A stretch of DNA of 63,027 bases, the filler included, from Craspedostauros australis (Eukaryota), in assembly GCA_030167865.1 (NCBI GenBank). It is 10 parts of 10 records of this genome, joined end to end, with 100 filler letters (N's around TTAATTAATTAA, not from the genome) between each part and the next. Parts side by side here need not be neighbours in the genome. Positions count along the whole stretch, not along the records: positions 1 to 29,235 come from JALAGF010003540.1; 9 more parts are not named here. One strand, 5' to 3'. The position numbers and the translations under genes are program-made. The notes below the pieces were generated by a model that searched no databases, was not told the DNA's origin, and worked only from the letters and a program-made list of their open reading frames with translations. Position 1 is the stretch's first letter; each line of letters begins with the position of its first letter. Below, in pieces: positions 1 to 11,500 of the stretch.

Positions 1-3000
1 CTCCTTGTATCCCCGATACATCTCATGGAACAATCGCTCGTTCCATTTGAGGTAGACATGCCAGTGCTGCATGGTGTGAGCCACGTCGGATGCCTGGATG
101 AGATGCTCGATCACGATCGTGGCCTTGCGGTCGCTATCTTCCTTGGTGTCTGCTTCATCACCGGTGCTGGATTCGAAGGCTCTGTCCCAGCGCTTCTTGC
201 GCAGCATGTTGAGGTCCTTGTCCATGATGTCCGTCGCCATGACGGCGTTGACCACGAGCTGGCGGAATCGCCTCAGTTCGTCCTGTGTCTGGTAGATGCA
301 TCTGCGGAAGTCGTTGTACTTGGGGAGCTGCAGCAGCTTCCATGCCAGATCGACGGAGTTCTGCTCTGCGATGCTCTTGTTCCTGTACATCTGCGCCAAC
401 GGATGGTCCTCCTCGGCCAGGACGGCGTTGGGGAGACCGCTGTGATCAACGTCGTGGATCAAGGCGGAGAAGGCGCAGGCGAAGAGAATCAAAGGATCGG
501 AGGTGATGCCGTATGTGAACTTGTGCATGTTGGCGCTCGTGTTCTGTGCTGGCTTGTAGGCGAGCTCGGTATAGTCAATGGAGTCGGATGGCGTCACAAC
601 ACGTGCCATGAGCTTGTTGACGGACTGGACGACGTGGGATGCATGCTCGAACGAATGGAAGGGATTGGGCTTGTACATCCTTGCGATCTGTGCAACGTAG
701 TCCTGGAGCTGGCGAACGACGTTGGGGCTCAGCTCGATGTTGGCAGGATCGCATTGGAACACGGCGGCAGCATCTGGCAGCTTGATGATCTCGGTGAATT
801 CATCGAGAGTGCTCGTCTGTTCTCGTTTGGCATCATGTGATTCTTCGACAGGAAGTGCCGTTGTTGTTCCAGTTGCATCGGGCTTTCTGACTGCGACCAC
901 CTGCTTGAGCAGACCTTGCAGCACCTCGGCGTTCCAATCGATGAGACGCTGTTGTTTGCGACTTTCGGTGTGCCTCGACCGTGATTCTAAGCATCCTTCC
1001 TGTTCTCCCGCGTGTTGCGACAGGCTTGGGATCTTGTTGCTGCTGCCACTGGCGTTGCTGTTGCGGGTGTTGATGTTAGCATCGCCATCTGAGGAGCCTT
1101 CATACTTGCTGGATCCCAGCATCGAACCATCAATCTGAGATATGTCGACAAAGTATGTTTGCACCTCGCCCTTGCCCTTGAGGGTCATCATCTCTTTTCG
1201 TGGCTTCACCCAAATGCCTTTGCCAGCCTGAATGAGCTCATTGGCTGTATCCGTGGATATGTGGATACGGTTTGACATGCCGGATGTCTCAATCCGACTG
1301 GCGGTGTTGACTGTGTCACCAAACAACTGGAATCGAGACTTTTCACCTCGGAGAACACCAGCGGTGACGGGGCCGGAATGCAAGCCGATTCTCATGGCCA
1401 GCTCCGCAGTTTCTGGTCCAAGGACGACTTCGAGCTTGTGAACCGCGAGGTTCATCTCTTCGAGGCAATCGCGAGCAAAGAGGACCATGGCCTTGGCATG
1501 ATCCTTTCGTGGTTTGGGAAGTCCCGAGGCTGCCACGTAGCAATCGCCGATGGTCTCGACTTTGAAGATTCCACGTCGCTTGGCGATGGCATCGAAGCTT
1601 CCGTAGATGTGTTCCAGCAAGGTGAATACTTGGGTTGGTTCTCGCACGCTTGACCACGCAGTGAACCCAACGATGTCGGCGAAGAGGACGGTGACGTTGG
1701 GGAACTGGAGAAGTGTGCACAGATGGCAATAAGCGGTGAGGGCGCAGGTGCGAACCATGCGGAGATGAGATAGACGCAGAGCCGTGTTGGGGCAAAGTTC
1801 ATGAAACAGGACAGCGTTGTCATTGAACGTTTAGTGTGAGTCTGATGATGCATAGCATTACACGCCCATACTCGTACGCATACACACTCGAATATGATTC
1901 ACAATACGATGCACTGTTCACATCCTGCAACATTCGACGAACTTACCAGATCAGCAATCGGCTTCGAATTCGGCCGGTGGAAACTGTCGGTGCCAAGGGG
2001 ATTGGGCTTGTGTGCCAAATGCGATCTAATTCCGAATGGATTCTTCGACGCAGCTGCTGCATGGTTTTCTTCGTTGGCCTCCTCCATCAGTCGGTCTCGC
2101 ACCCCTTCTGGGAACAGCGAACTGACAATGGCGTCGGTCTTTCGGGCGGAGGTGAGGACCTTCTTCTGTCGCATTTGCACGATGCAGTCGTACATGATGA
2201 ACACAAGCGAAGTGGCAATGAAGATCACCACAGCACCGATTGTGTACGTGATGGGCCTGTTTGTATAGAAAGAGTCCTCGAATTCTCTCGTTGGGTAGAC
2301 ATCGATCGAGAACTGGCACTTTTGGCTGGTTTGCAGCGCAGACACGGCGTTGAAGTCGCCAGTGCGGTGCTTGGACGAGTACTTGCGGTCATGCAGATCT
2401 TGGTTGTCGAGGTAGGTTGCCTTCGGACCCTCCACCCGAAAGGTGTAGGCGTGTCCACAGGATTCGCGAACGACGACATCCAGCGGTGGCGAGCCTTCAG
2501 GAAGCACATTGTCGAAGTAGAGGCTCCATGGCACGATGGCGGCAAGGAAGCCGACAATCTCCGACCCTTCTTCAAGGGTTTTGTGAATTGGATCCAGGAT
2601 GATACTGTCTGCCAAGATCGCTTCGGCGTTGTTGACGATACTCGCATCACTCATAATAGGGATATCTTCCACCACCATCTTGTCCAACTGTTCTCTGTAG
2701 GTCTCGCCAATGCTCCTGGTATCGTAGTTCGTAAGAGGGCCAGGCGGAGAGCTCTGCCAGACGGGGGTGTAGTAGTCGAACTCAGTTGGCGGAGACGGCA
2801 ATGGGATTCCAGTGTCTGTAGTTGCCCTTCCATCCCAGATGTAAGGCAGCGCGAATGTGGCGCGGCTTGCTTCGAGATGGGCAAGGCTCTTTGGAAACGG
2901 ATCGCTGAGCCATCCTGCCTTCTGTTGTGAAAAGAGTTCCCATCTAGTCCGTTGGTTCGGAGGAACGATGGGCTGAAAGCCAACAGCGAAGGAAGGCGAC

Positions 3001-3715
3001 AGCTGCAGCATCTTCTCGGTGCGATGGAAGAAGTCTGGGATGACGACGAATGGCCACTCTTGCTCGGAGGCCATCGCGAACGAGGTGATGGAGACTGTGA
3101 GCGTTGCCAGCGTATCGAAGATGTCCCTCGCTTGGATGACGGAGAGGTCGATGATCTCGGCGGCGTAGTTCTGGAACTGTTCATGTATAACAACAAGTTG
3201 CGGCCGTCGCATGATGTGGAAGGTGGGACGAAAAGGCAGTCAAAAGCGAATGCCGGATAAAGAAGTTAGAGGAGACATGACATGTTTTGTTACGGGATGG
3301 AATAGAACTATTCGCTGTACGATGCCAGCGAAAGACAGTCATGTGCACAATCAAGCATTGCAGTATCATCACAGTGCAACCACACCATGTGTAGATGGAT
3401 GCTCACCTCAGTATCAAAATCCTCCTCCTCTTCCTTGCGTGTCAAGAAGTACGTGAAGTAACCGACGATGGCTGTTGCACATGCCAGCACCAGGATCACA
3501 ACGCCCTTGGAATACCGAACGTAGGTGGATTCTTTGGCAGCGATCTCCGCTCTCTTGGCATCGTGTTCAACATGTGAGACGTTGCTGTCCTCGACGTGGA
3601 CAGTCTTGGCTTGAGCGACGTTGTGAGAGCCATTGACTTCGTCGGCACCGAAGGTCTGGCTCTGGCTCTCGCTGTCCCCTTCGAAGATCTTATTCATGAC
3701 TTCTGCTGCACTCAT
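1..3715 (-). CDS. Receptor-type guanylate cyclase/cyclic-nucleotide phosphodiesterase fusion (TM - CHASE-like extracellular domain - TM - class III cyclase - PDEase); 3' end runs off the window. Exons 3715-3407, 3176-1947, 1704-<1
   Basis: In-frame phase-0 GT-AG introns at 3406-3177 and 1946-1705. Exon 3 (not in the ORF track) translates to FPNVTVLFADIVGFTAWS..FKVETIGDCY..RIGLHSGPVTAGVLRGEKSRFQLFGDTVNTASRIE (cyclase), then PFHSFEHASHV..HDVDH..ATDI..IEHLIQASDVAHTMQHW (PDE). Two hydrophobic segments flank a YYTPVWQSSP-containing domain. Confidence 0.93.
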
Positions 3716-6381
3716 CTTGCTTCTATCAAGTCGCTCGTGTTGGCTTGTTGCTGTTGTGGTTGCTTCTGCTCGCTGTGCGGCTGTTGATGGTATTACCGTT
3801 GCTCTTGTGATTGTCTTGTGATGTGTTTGATGTTGAAGCGGGCAACCCGTCCTGGAGTCTTCTGTTTGTTGTAATTGGTCGGGGTTGGTATGATTGGGGG
3901 TTTGTCCCGTCCGATCAAACACCAACGTCAAGAAATTGTGACCAGAGAGTGAAGGCCCACCAGCAAGAGTGTGGAAGTCGGGCAGCGCTGCCTGGTTGCG
4001 ACTTCTCAGCTCGTTTGTTTGGGTGTTTTTGGATTGAGTTGGTTGGTCCTGCGGGAGAGTTGGTCCCTCGTAAAAGAAGTCCACGCTGCGAAACACGCCA
4101 CAGTGGTACTCGGAGCCAGCGACGATCTGGTTGTTGCTGCCTTCTTGGCACCGAACGCAGACGACAGTGGAACAGAGGAATGCCAAACCATCCCAGACAA
4201 TTTGCACGACTAAGGTGACGGCGTTCTTTTGTGAGTGGGACGTTCAACGAGACCAGGGGAGCTTCTTTTAGCTCTTCGCTCTGCGTTCGTTGTTGCACTT
4301 GACGAACAAAAGAGTCAAAATAACCTCACGCGATTGACAAAGGACGTGTCTCGATACAAATTGTGGCCTAAACGAGTGCCGACTTTCCCAAAAAATACCC
4401 TTCAACGTCGAAGCCCCGAGAATGACTACTATGGCGATACAGTGGAACAGGCAAGGGAACGGTAATCGTACGCCACGATTTATCAACCATTCCAAGGGCA
4501 GGAGACTTATGGTGTTTGGCACCAATGACTGTCCGCCAACCCAAGCACCGTTGCCGTGAGGTGCATTGTTTGCGGTGAACTTCAATACCAAAGCGCGGTG
4601 GATGGTGACTGTTGGTGTGTGTTGAAGGACTGGTAAATGGCGCCGCAACGTGCTCCTGCGGTATCCCAGCACATACAATACCATGCTACTGTGCGATGGC
4701 TCGAAGATTTATTCCACTAACAACTCGTTTCATATCCACGAGTACGAACCACACTCCAATTCTTCACACACTGGTTGAGCAGTGGCCCAAACATTATCGA
4801 TTGCGGTTCCGCGCCGAGACAACAAAGCCGGTTTGGGGGAGGTTCGTTTCTTGGAGCTCTGCGCAGGCGCAACAATGACTCGCAGCACAATAGGTAGTGG
4901 AGGCGCGCCACACGTGCATGAAGTTGGGAAGATCCTGCATGGACGGAAAGAGCAAGCATCGCTCGTCATCAAGACCAACAGCCAACAGCTTCAGATAGCG
5001 CCTCATTTCGCCCTTCCTGTCAATATATTACAAACCGAATGCAGGCGTGTCTGTGATCTTTGATCGACGGAGATATGGTCATTGTGGATGTTCTTCCCAG
5101 GCTTAGCTTCGAAGATGACAGCAGAAGTAAAAGCGATGAGTATTGACGACGATACAGCCACATGCAATAATGCACCAAGGAGACAGTGAGAGGTCTTGCC
5201 AGGGGTGCTGTTGGATAGTTTCCCTTCGTTTGAGGATCATTTTATGAGCGGCAAATTCGAGGAACAATGTTGCGCTGGTTGAAAACTGCGAATTCATCCG
5301 TTACTACAGACCAGCCAACCAGCCTTCGCAAATGACCCCCACGTCATTGTTTGCGCTTCCAACAATTTACGCACAAAACCACGCAACCACTTTTTACAAC
5401 GAACGGATATCACGCCCGGACACGTCAGCGTTGTTGAGAATTCTTTCGATTTCTCAGAGTCTCACATAATGAAAGAGCTTGGTATATGTATTGCGCCGAG
5501 TTATGAAAACGCCAACAAGGCAGGCAATTTCCAAATGATGTCAACAACCTGCTGTACTTAGGGGAACAAGCCGATAACGCTCGTAGTGATCCACATTAGC
5601 CGATACATAATTACATACATGCTTGCTGGATGTTGCCGTTTTAGACACGTCTGATGCGATGTGAAGGACGAGACGTGTTCCAAATACCACGGTACATCAT
5701 TGAGGAAGGTTGCGCCCACACACAGTGGGAGGAAAGGTCTCGTTTCTTCAAGTTGCAACGTGTCTTGTGCACGTCAAACAACTCCACAGATCCGTTGCGG
5801 GAGGGACAAGACTGCTCATGACTCAGCGCAAGACGAAACACGTCATCGGTATGGCGCCTAAAATAAGGTTGGAAGTTCTGATGTTACCGGAGTGGACGGA
5901 ACTGGCTCGTGTTGGAACAATCTGCCTGGATGGGTTCAACTTTTCAACGCTTCGACCTCACACAACCACGTCGCCATGACGACACCGCAACGATGCGGTT
6001 GAGAAATCAAGGGCGTCCTGTTTCGTTGGGACCTGGCGGCGTGAGAGATGCCATCCCCTACTCATACCGGAGAACATTGTAAATTCGAAAGGTTGCCGCG
6101 GATCCCCTGCGAGTGGTTCCTCTTCCCTGTGAGGAGCCATCCCTTCACGGCACGGCACGACACTACGCAGCAGAGCAACGGGATAGGAGTGTTTGTCCTC
6201 GCGTGGACCGAGGACAGAAATCCAAACCCGGGGTCCACCCATGTGTGGAGAAAGAAGCGCTACCCGCTTTGGTGCTCATGCTCTACTCTATTCAATGTGC
6301 AGTTCACTTTTTAGGTACACCATGGCATTCCAAACTCCTCCTTGGAGCAAACTTTTTGACACCTCCCGTTTCGTCCCTAGC

Positions 6382-9300
6382 TCAGATGAAGTGTTTCGCC
6401 AATCCTCGTTTCAGGTCCAGTATCCGTACGGGCTTTTTAATGCAATCGTTCATCCCGATCTGATTCCAGTCGAAGGTTTGGATGCTCGCGGTCAGCCCCA
6501 CGATGGGGAGGTCACATTCCAGGTAGCCCTGGCAGCGGATCTCCTTCGTGGCATCGATGCCATCCAGCACGGGCATCTGCACATCCATCAGCACGAGGTC
6601 GTAGTCGTTGCGTTTGGAGACGATTTCTTTGACGGCGAGATCACCATTCTCGACGACGGTCGGCACGTGCTTGAGGCGCTTCAGCATGTTGACGACGACC
6701 TTCTGATTCACCTTGTTGTCCTCCGCCACCAGTATCCTCAATCCCTCAATGTCATCGCCTTCATGATCGACCCCGTTCTTGTCCAGCGTGGAGCAACCGG
6801 ACGGTTTGCAGTGCGGGACGAACGGAATTTCGAACCAGAATGTCGTCCCCTTCCCAACCTCGCTGTCCACATCGATTGTCCCTCCCATGTTTTCCACGAG
6901 CGCTTTGCTGTATTCGGATGGTACGAGTATTTGTATAATAGGTGCGTGCGTGTGTGTGCGTTTTTAATGTTGACGAGAGCAAGGCGAAGGTGAGAATGAG
7001 AGTGGGACCGGCAATCATGGTCTCCACCAGCTTGTGTTCTCATCACATCTGGACTCTGCGAGTATGCGATCGTCATCACATGCATTGCATGAGATCCTCC
7101 GCCACAGCTCGGAGCCAACGAAAAGACAACAGCATCAATTGCAGCAAGTATAATCGATGGATCCGTACACCACAAAAAAGGACATAAAAAACAACGCACC
7201 AGATGGCCAATCCAAGTCCCGTGCCACCGTACTTCCTGGCGACCGACACGTCCGCCTGCTGGTACTTGCGAAAGATGCGGTTCTTGTGCTCATCGTTGAT
7301 GCCGATGCCCGTGTCGCACACGGAGAATCGCAGCACGACCTTCTTGCCGCCATCCGCATCGCCGACGCGTTCGATCTTCGTGGTGATGCCACCGCGATCC
7401 GTGAATTTGATGGCGTTCTGCAGCATGTTGAGCAGCACCTGGCGCAGTCGATTGGGATCGCCGACCAACCGGATGGGGATGTTGGGGCTGACGCTGCTGA
7501 CGAGCTTGAGTTCCTTGTCCTCGGCCTGTCCCGAAACCGCCGTGATGGAACCGTTGAGGACGGCGTTGACGTCGAACGGGACGTTCTCGATCTTCATCTT
7601 TCCCGCATCGAGCTTGGTGAAATCCAGCAGATCGTTGATGATCGACATCAAGGCATGCGTCGAGCTCTGCAGCATGCCCACGAACTCCGCCTGCTCCTGC
7701 CGCAGGTTGGTCTGCGAGAGGAGCTCGATGAAGCCGACGACCTGATGCAACGGTGTGCGGATCTCATGCGCCATGACGGCAAAGAACTCTGATTTCTCCA
7801 TCGTGGCACGGTCGGCCTCCTCCTTGGCGGCCTGCATGATGTCGGATATATCGCGCGTGGCGATGCACAGTATGATTGGATTGAGCGTAACGGGATCCTT
7901 GGAGGCGCGCACTTGGATACTGAACCACTTCGGTCCGTCGATGGTGTGTTGCTTTGCCTCCAGCTGGTGATCCAGTCCCTCCTCTATGACCTCTCGGAAC
8001 ACTTTCATGCCGAGCTCCTTATCGACGAAGGGTTCCACGAACTGATTCATGGTGCGCACAGACAGTTCGGAAATGGAATCGCGGCGGTCTCTGTCATGCG
8101 GACCATCGCCATTACTGCGGACATCTCCTCGGTCGGTCGTTGCATTTTGGTCATCATCATGATGCCAATTGTTGCCGTCGGTGTTCTTTTTCAATCTCGT
8201 CCGCTGGTGTTCCGTGGCGTTATCGTCAATTGATTTGCCTTCGTTTGCGACGTTGTTATCATTGTCCCTTCGTATCGCATCTGTATTTGTGTTTGCATTT
8301 GTGTTTGTATTTGCTGCTGCAGTGAAGTCGCTCGTTCGGTCCGATCTGGTCGAGCGAGCGGGCGACTGGCTGCTTGCCTCCCCGTCACGTGATATTCTCG
8401 TTCTCTTTCCCTTTGGCTCTATCGTGTCTGTGGTTGATATTGGATCGTCGTTGGACGTCGCTGTTTCACGACTGTTGAGCTTGCTCTGCTTCGATGGCAG
8501 ACCGAACGTTTGCACGGCCTCCGGATTCTGATCCATGAGCATGCCCTGCGTGTTGAATTGTCGCACCGAGACGGGGAGATGCCGCAGCGTCTCCAAACTG
8601 CGCAAGCTGAGATTCTCAAACTCCGATTTGATGCTGGACGTGCTGTGCACGACTTCGATGAGCATGACGAGACGCGAGCCGTCGATGTAGACGCCCTGGC
8701 AGATGGTGTCGCACGTGACGCTTCCGTCTTTGCCGTTGTTGGGGTAGAAGTTCCACTGTGCGATGCGAAGAATCGGGTGGAATGGGTTGGATGCGTGCGT
8801 GATGGGAGATTGGATGAGAAGGAAATGGAATGGAAGAAGAGGTAAGAAAGGAAGCAGTCGTACTTGCAATCCATTATATAGTCGTAATATAATGTAATGT
8901 AATATAATAATTGACAATGTATTGATGCCACCCACATTGTTTGCCACACGTACCTGATCCGACACCAACTCCCCATTCCTGAACTTTTCGAGATAATCAT
9001 TGAGCCTAACTTCCGTCTGCGCGCTCATATCCGTGGCAAAGTTGCGGCGACACAGATCGTCGCGACTGTCGGCATTCCACAGATGACACGACGCCTCGTT
9101 GCACCACCACATGGACTGCGCCGTGATATCGAAGATCCAGATGGGATGCTGCAGCAGATTGAGGATTTCGAGTTCCTGCTTCGATTGGATCGTCGTGCGT
9201 CGGTGTTGTGGCGAAGTCGTGACGGGTGGAAGAGAGCGATTGACCTTGCGCTGTCGTTGCGATGCGAAGTTGATGGGCGGCGAGGCGTGGTAATCTCGAG

Positions 9301-9709
9301 TGCAACTGTGCTGCAGATGCGGCTGCCACAGCTTGAGCTTCTCATGACGGCTCGTGGAGGGGGTCGATGGGGCGGCCGCCGCGGACGATGCAGTGCGATC
9401 GCTGTGGCTGCTTTCCAGTGGAGGAATGGGTGGCAGGCCGCTGGACATGTTGTCCGGATCGATCTTCGCTGATCCCTTGGTTGTGGGCGTTTCTATTTCT
9501 ACTTGCGTTTGTGTCTGTGTCTGCGGGTTGGCCATTGCTGTTGTTGGTACTTCTGTTGCTGATACTACTGCTGCTACTCCTGCTGTTGCTGCTACTACTT
9601 CTGTTGCTGATACTACTGCTGCTGTTGATGAAGAAGCTTGACTTCCAATGACAGGATTGAGTTGCTTCAGATTCTTGTCCTTGCCAATGTTTCCGCACTC
9701 GTTGATCAT
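6382..9709 (-). CDS. Hybrid sensor histidine kinase (PAS-like - HisKA - HATPase_c - receiver). Exons 9709(or 9535)-8954, 8755-7200, 6907-6382
   Basis: H-box KSEFFAVMAHEIRTPL, N-box RLRQVLLNMLQNAIKFT, DTGIGI, and GGTGLGLAI joined over a phase-2 intron (7199-6908; TG+C) to CKALVENMGGTIDVDSEVGKGTTFWF. Receiver ILVAEDN..DLVLMDVQMPVLDG..LTA..KP. PAS-like segment HPIWIFD..WWCNEAS..LW. Start codon uncertain. Confidence 0.93.
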
Positions 9710-10594
9710 TGCCTTGATGCTCTCTCTATTCTCATCAGAATACTTGCACCTCTTGTTGCGTCTTGTTCTTGTTCAGTGAATAGTACCGACAGAGTTGAAT
9801 GGAGTCGAGGAGAGGAGAGTGGTTTGGTTTGGTGCTCCATCTCCCTATCGCATTGCGTTCCGCTGCGTTGCATCGAGTCGCGTTGGGACGCATACTGCTG
9901 TGCTGCGACATTCCATTCCCTCATTGTCATTTCCTTGTTGCTGTTGTCGTGTGGATCACAAGCAAGAAACGAACAAATGACAGGCCTTTTCTTGTTCGTA
10001 GTAAGCAGTACCGATTTTGGTATCACGTGGCGGAATTCCACGTGTCGTCGTTGCCTGCGTTATGTGCGCTATTCCTTTTTCGACCACGTAGGTGTTCTTC
10101 AGCTTTCTGTGCACTATTTGAGTTGTCGTATTCGGTGTCGGACCGAACGCGGTTGAGTGGACAAACGAGATTGACGCACATGTGAGTGCATTGATCGCTT
10201 AGAAAATTCGGTTCTTCACGCTACTACTGGACATCAATTGTGGTCTCGCAAACATCATGTGCGTGTGTCATTTGGCACAGACATTCTTGATTCAATCGAC
10301 CATCGAATAGTCGAAGGAGTCGTTTATCGCATTGCCGAACGATCGCGCCAAAGCGATCTTTGCAACCACCTCACCGACAACAACAAACACAACAACACAT
10401 CCACACATCATGAGAACAGAAAGATACCACCTGAAATCCACTTCGATCCGATACACACTCTCAACCGATGACTGCTTCTTGACCGTCGTCATTCATCGCA
10501 ATCGCAATGGCAATCGCAATCTTAGCTGTCGTTGTTGATACTCACCCACGAAAAATCAGAAAGCAAAGAAGAAGAAAAGAAGAGACAGATCAGC

Positions 10595-11500
10595 ATGATG
10601 TTGAATTCAAGACGAGGAGCTTCAACCCTGTTGAGGCAGTGTCGCAGATCGCCGCTGTTTGCCCGATGCGCATTCAGCACAACCTCCGGCGGTGGCGGAA
10701 GTGATGGCAAGGACGAAGACGCTAGCAATGATGCCGATGGCGATACATCTTCACAAGCACCATGCGACGTCATCCAAGGACCATCGCAGCTGCGCACGCC
10801 CGTCTACCGACCATCTCCATCGCTGCTGTCATTACCCGGCCTGCGTTCATTGCCATTCTGGACGTCGTACGATGCCAAGTCCGACACGAACCGCATCGCC
10901 TACCAGGATCCCAAATTGAAGCGCATCCTCGACCACCTGGAAGGCAACGTCGCCATTATCCAGAAGGAGTACCAGCAGAGGGCCATGGCCTTGCCGTCCG
11001 ATTATCAGGATTCCAACGACCACGGCAGCAAATTGCACACGGGCACGTGGGATTGGCATTCCTACATGAATAAGGGCAGCACGCAGGCGTCGTTCGCCTT
11101 TCATTTTCCAAAGACCGTCCAGGTTCTGGAGCAGCTCGGCACGGATCTCTTCGAAGGCACGCCGTTCGGTTTCGCTTTCTTCTCCACGTTGCATCCGCAA
11201 TCCAAGATCCAGCCCCACACGTCGCCCATCAACTTTCGGTTGCGCATTCATCTGCCGCTCTACGTGCCATCCCAAAGTGAAGTATGCGGCATCCGCGTCG
11301 CCAATCAGGTCAAGGAATGGGTGCCAGGCAAGGCGTTGGTCCTCGACGATTCCTACGAGCATGAAGTGTGGAATGAGAGCGCGGAGGACATTCGCGTTCT
11401 TCTGCTCATCGATGTGTGGCATCCCGACGTGCACGATAGCGAAAAGGCGCACATCGTCAAGCTCTTTCAAGATGCGCAGGCGCAAGGCATGTGGAAGTAG
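10595..11500 (+). CDS. Aspartyl/asparaginyl beta-hydroxylase-like Fe/2OG dioxygenase, with an N-terminal mitochondrial-type presequence
   Basis: Motifs FFSTLHPQSKIQPHTSPINFRLRIHLPL, W..GKALVLDDSYEHEVWN and RVLLLIDVWHPD match the Asp_Arg_Hydrox family. The N-terminus is Arg/Ser/Leu-rich with no acidic residues. Intronless. Confidence 0.9.
   Translation: MMLNSRRGASTLLRQCRRSPLFARCAFSTTSGGGGSDGKDEDASNDADGDTSSQAPCDVIQGPSQLRTPVYRPSPSLLSLPGLRSLPFWTSYDAKSDTNRIAYQDPKLKRILDHLEGNVAIIQKEYQQRAMALPSDYQDSNDHGSKLHTGTWDWHSYMNKGSTQASFAFHFPKTVQVLEQLGTDLFEGTPFGFAFFSTLHPQSKIQPHTSPINFRLRIHLPLYVPSQSEVCGIRVANQVKEWVPGKALVLDDSYEHEVWNESAEDIRVLLLIDVWHPDVHDSEKAHIVKLFQDAQAQGMWK

Noticed and set aside
25..2930. Plus-strand ORFs 25-840 (271 aa) and 1836-2930 (364 aa)
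   Set aside because: Antisense shadows of the minus-strand GC/PDE gene.
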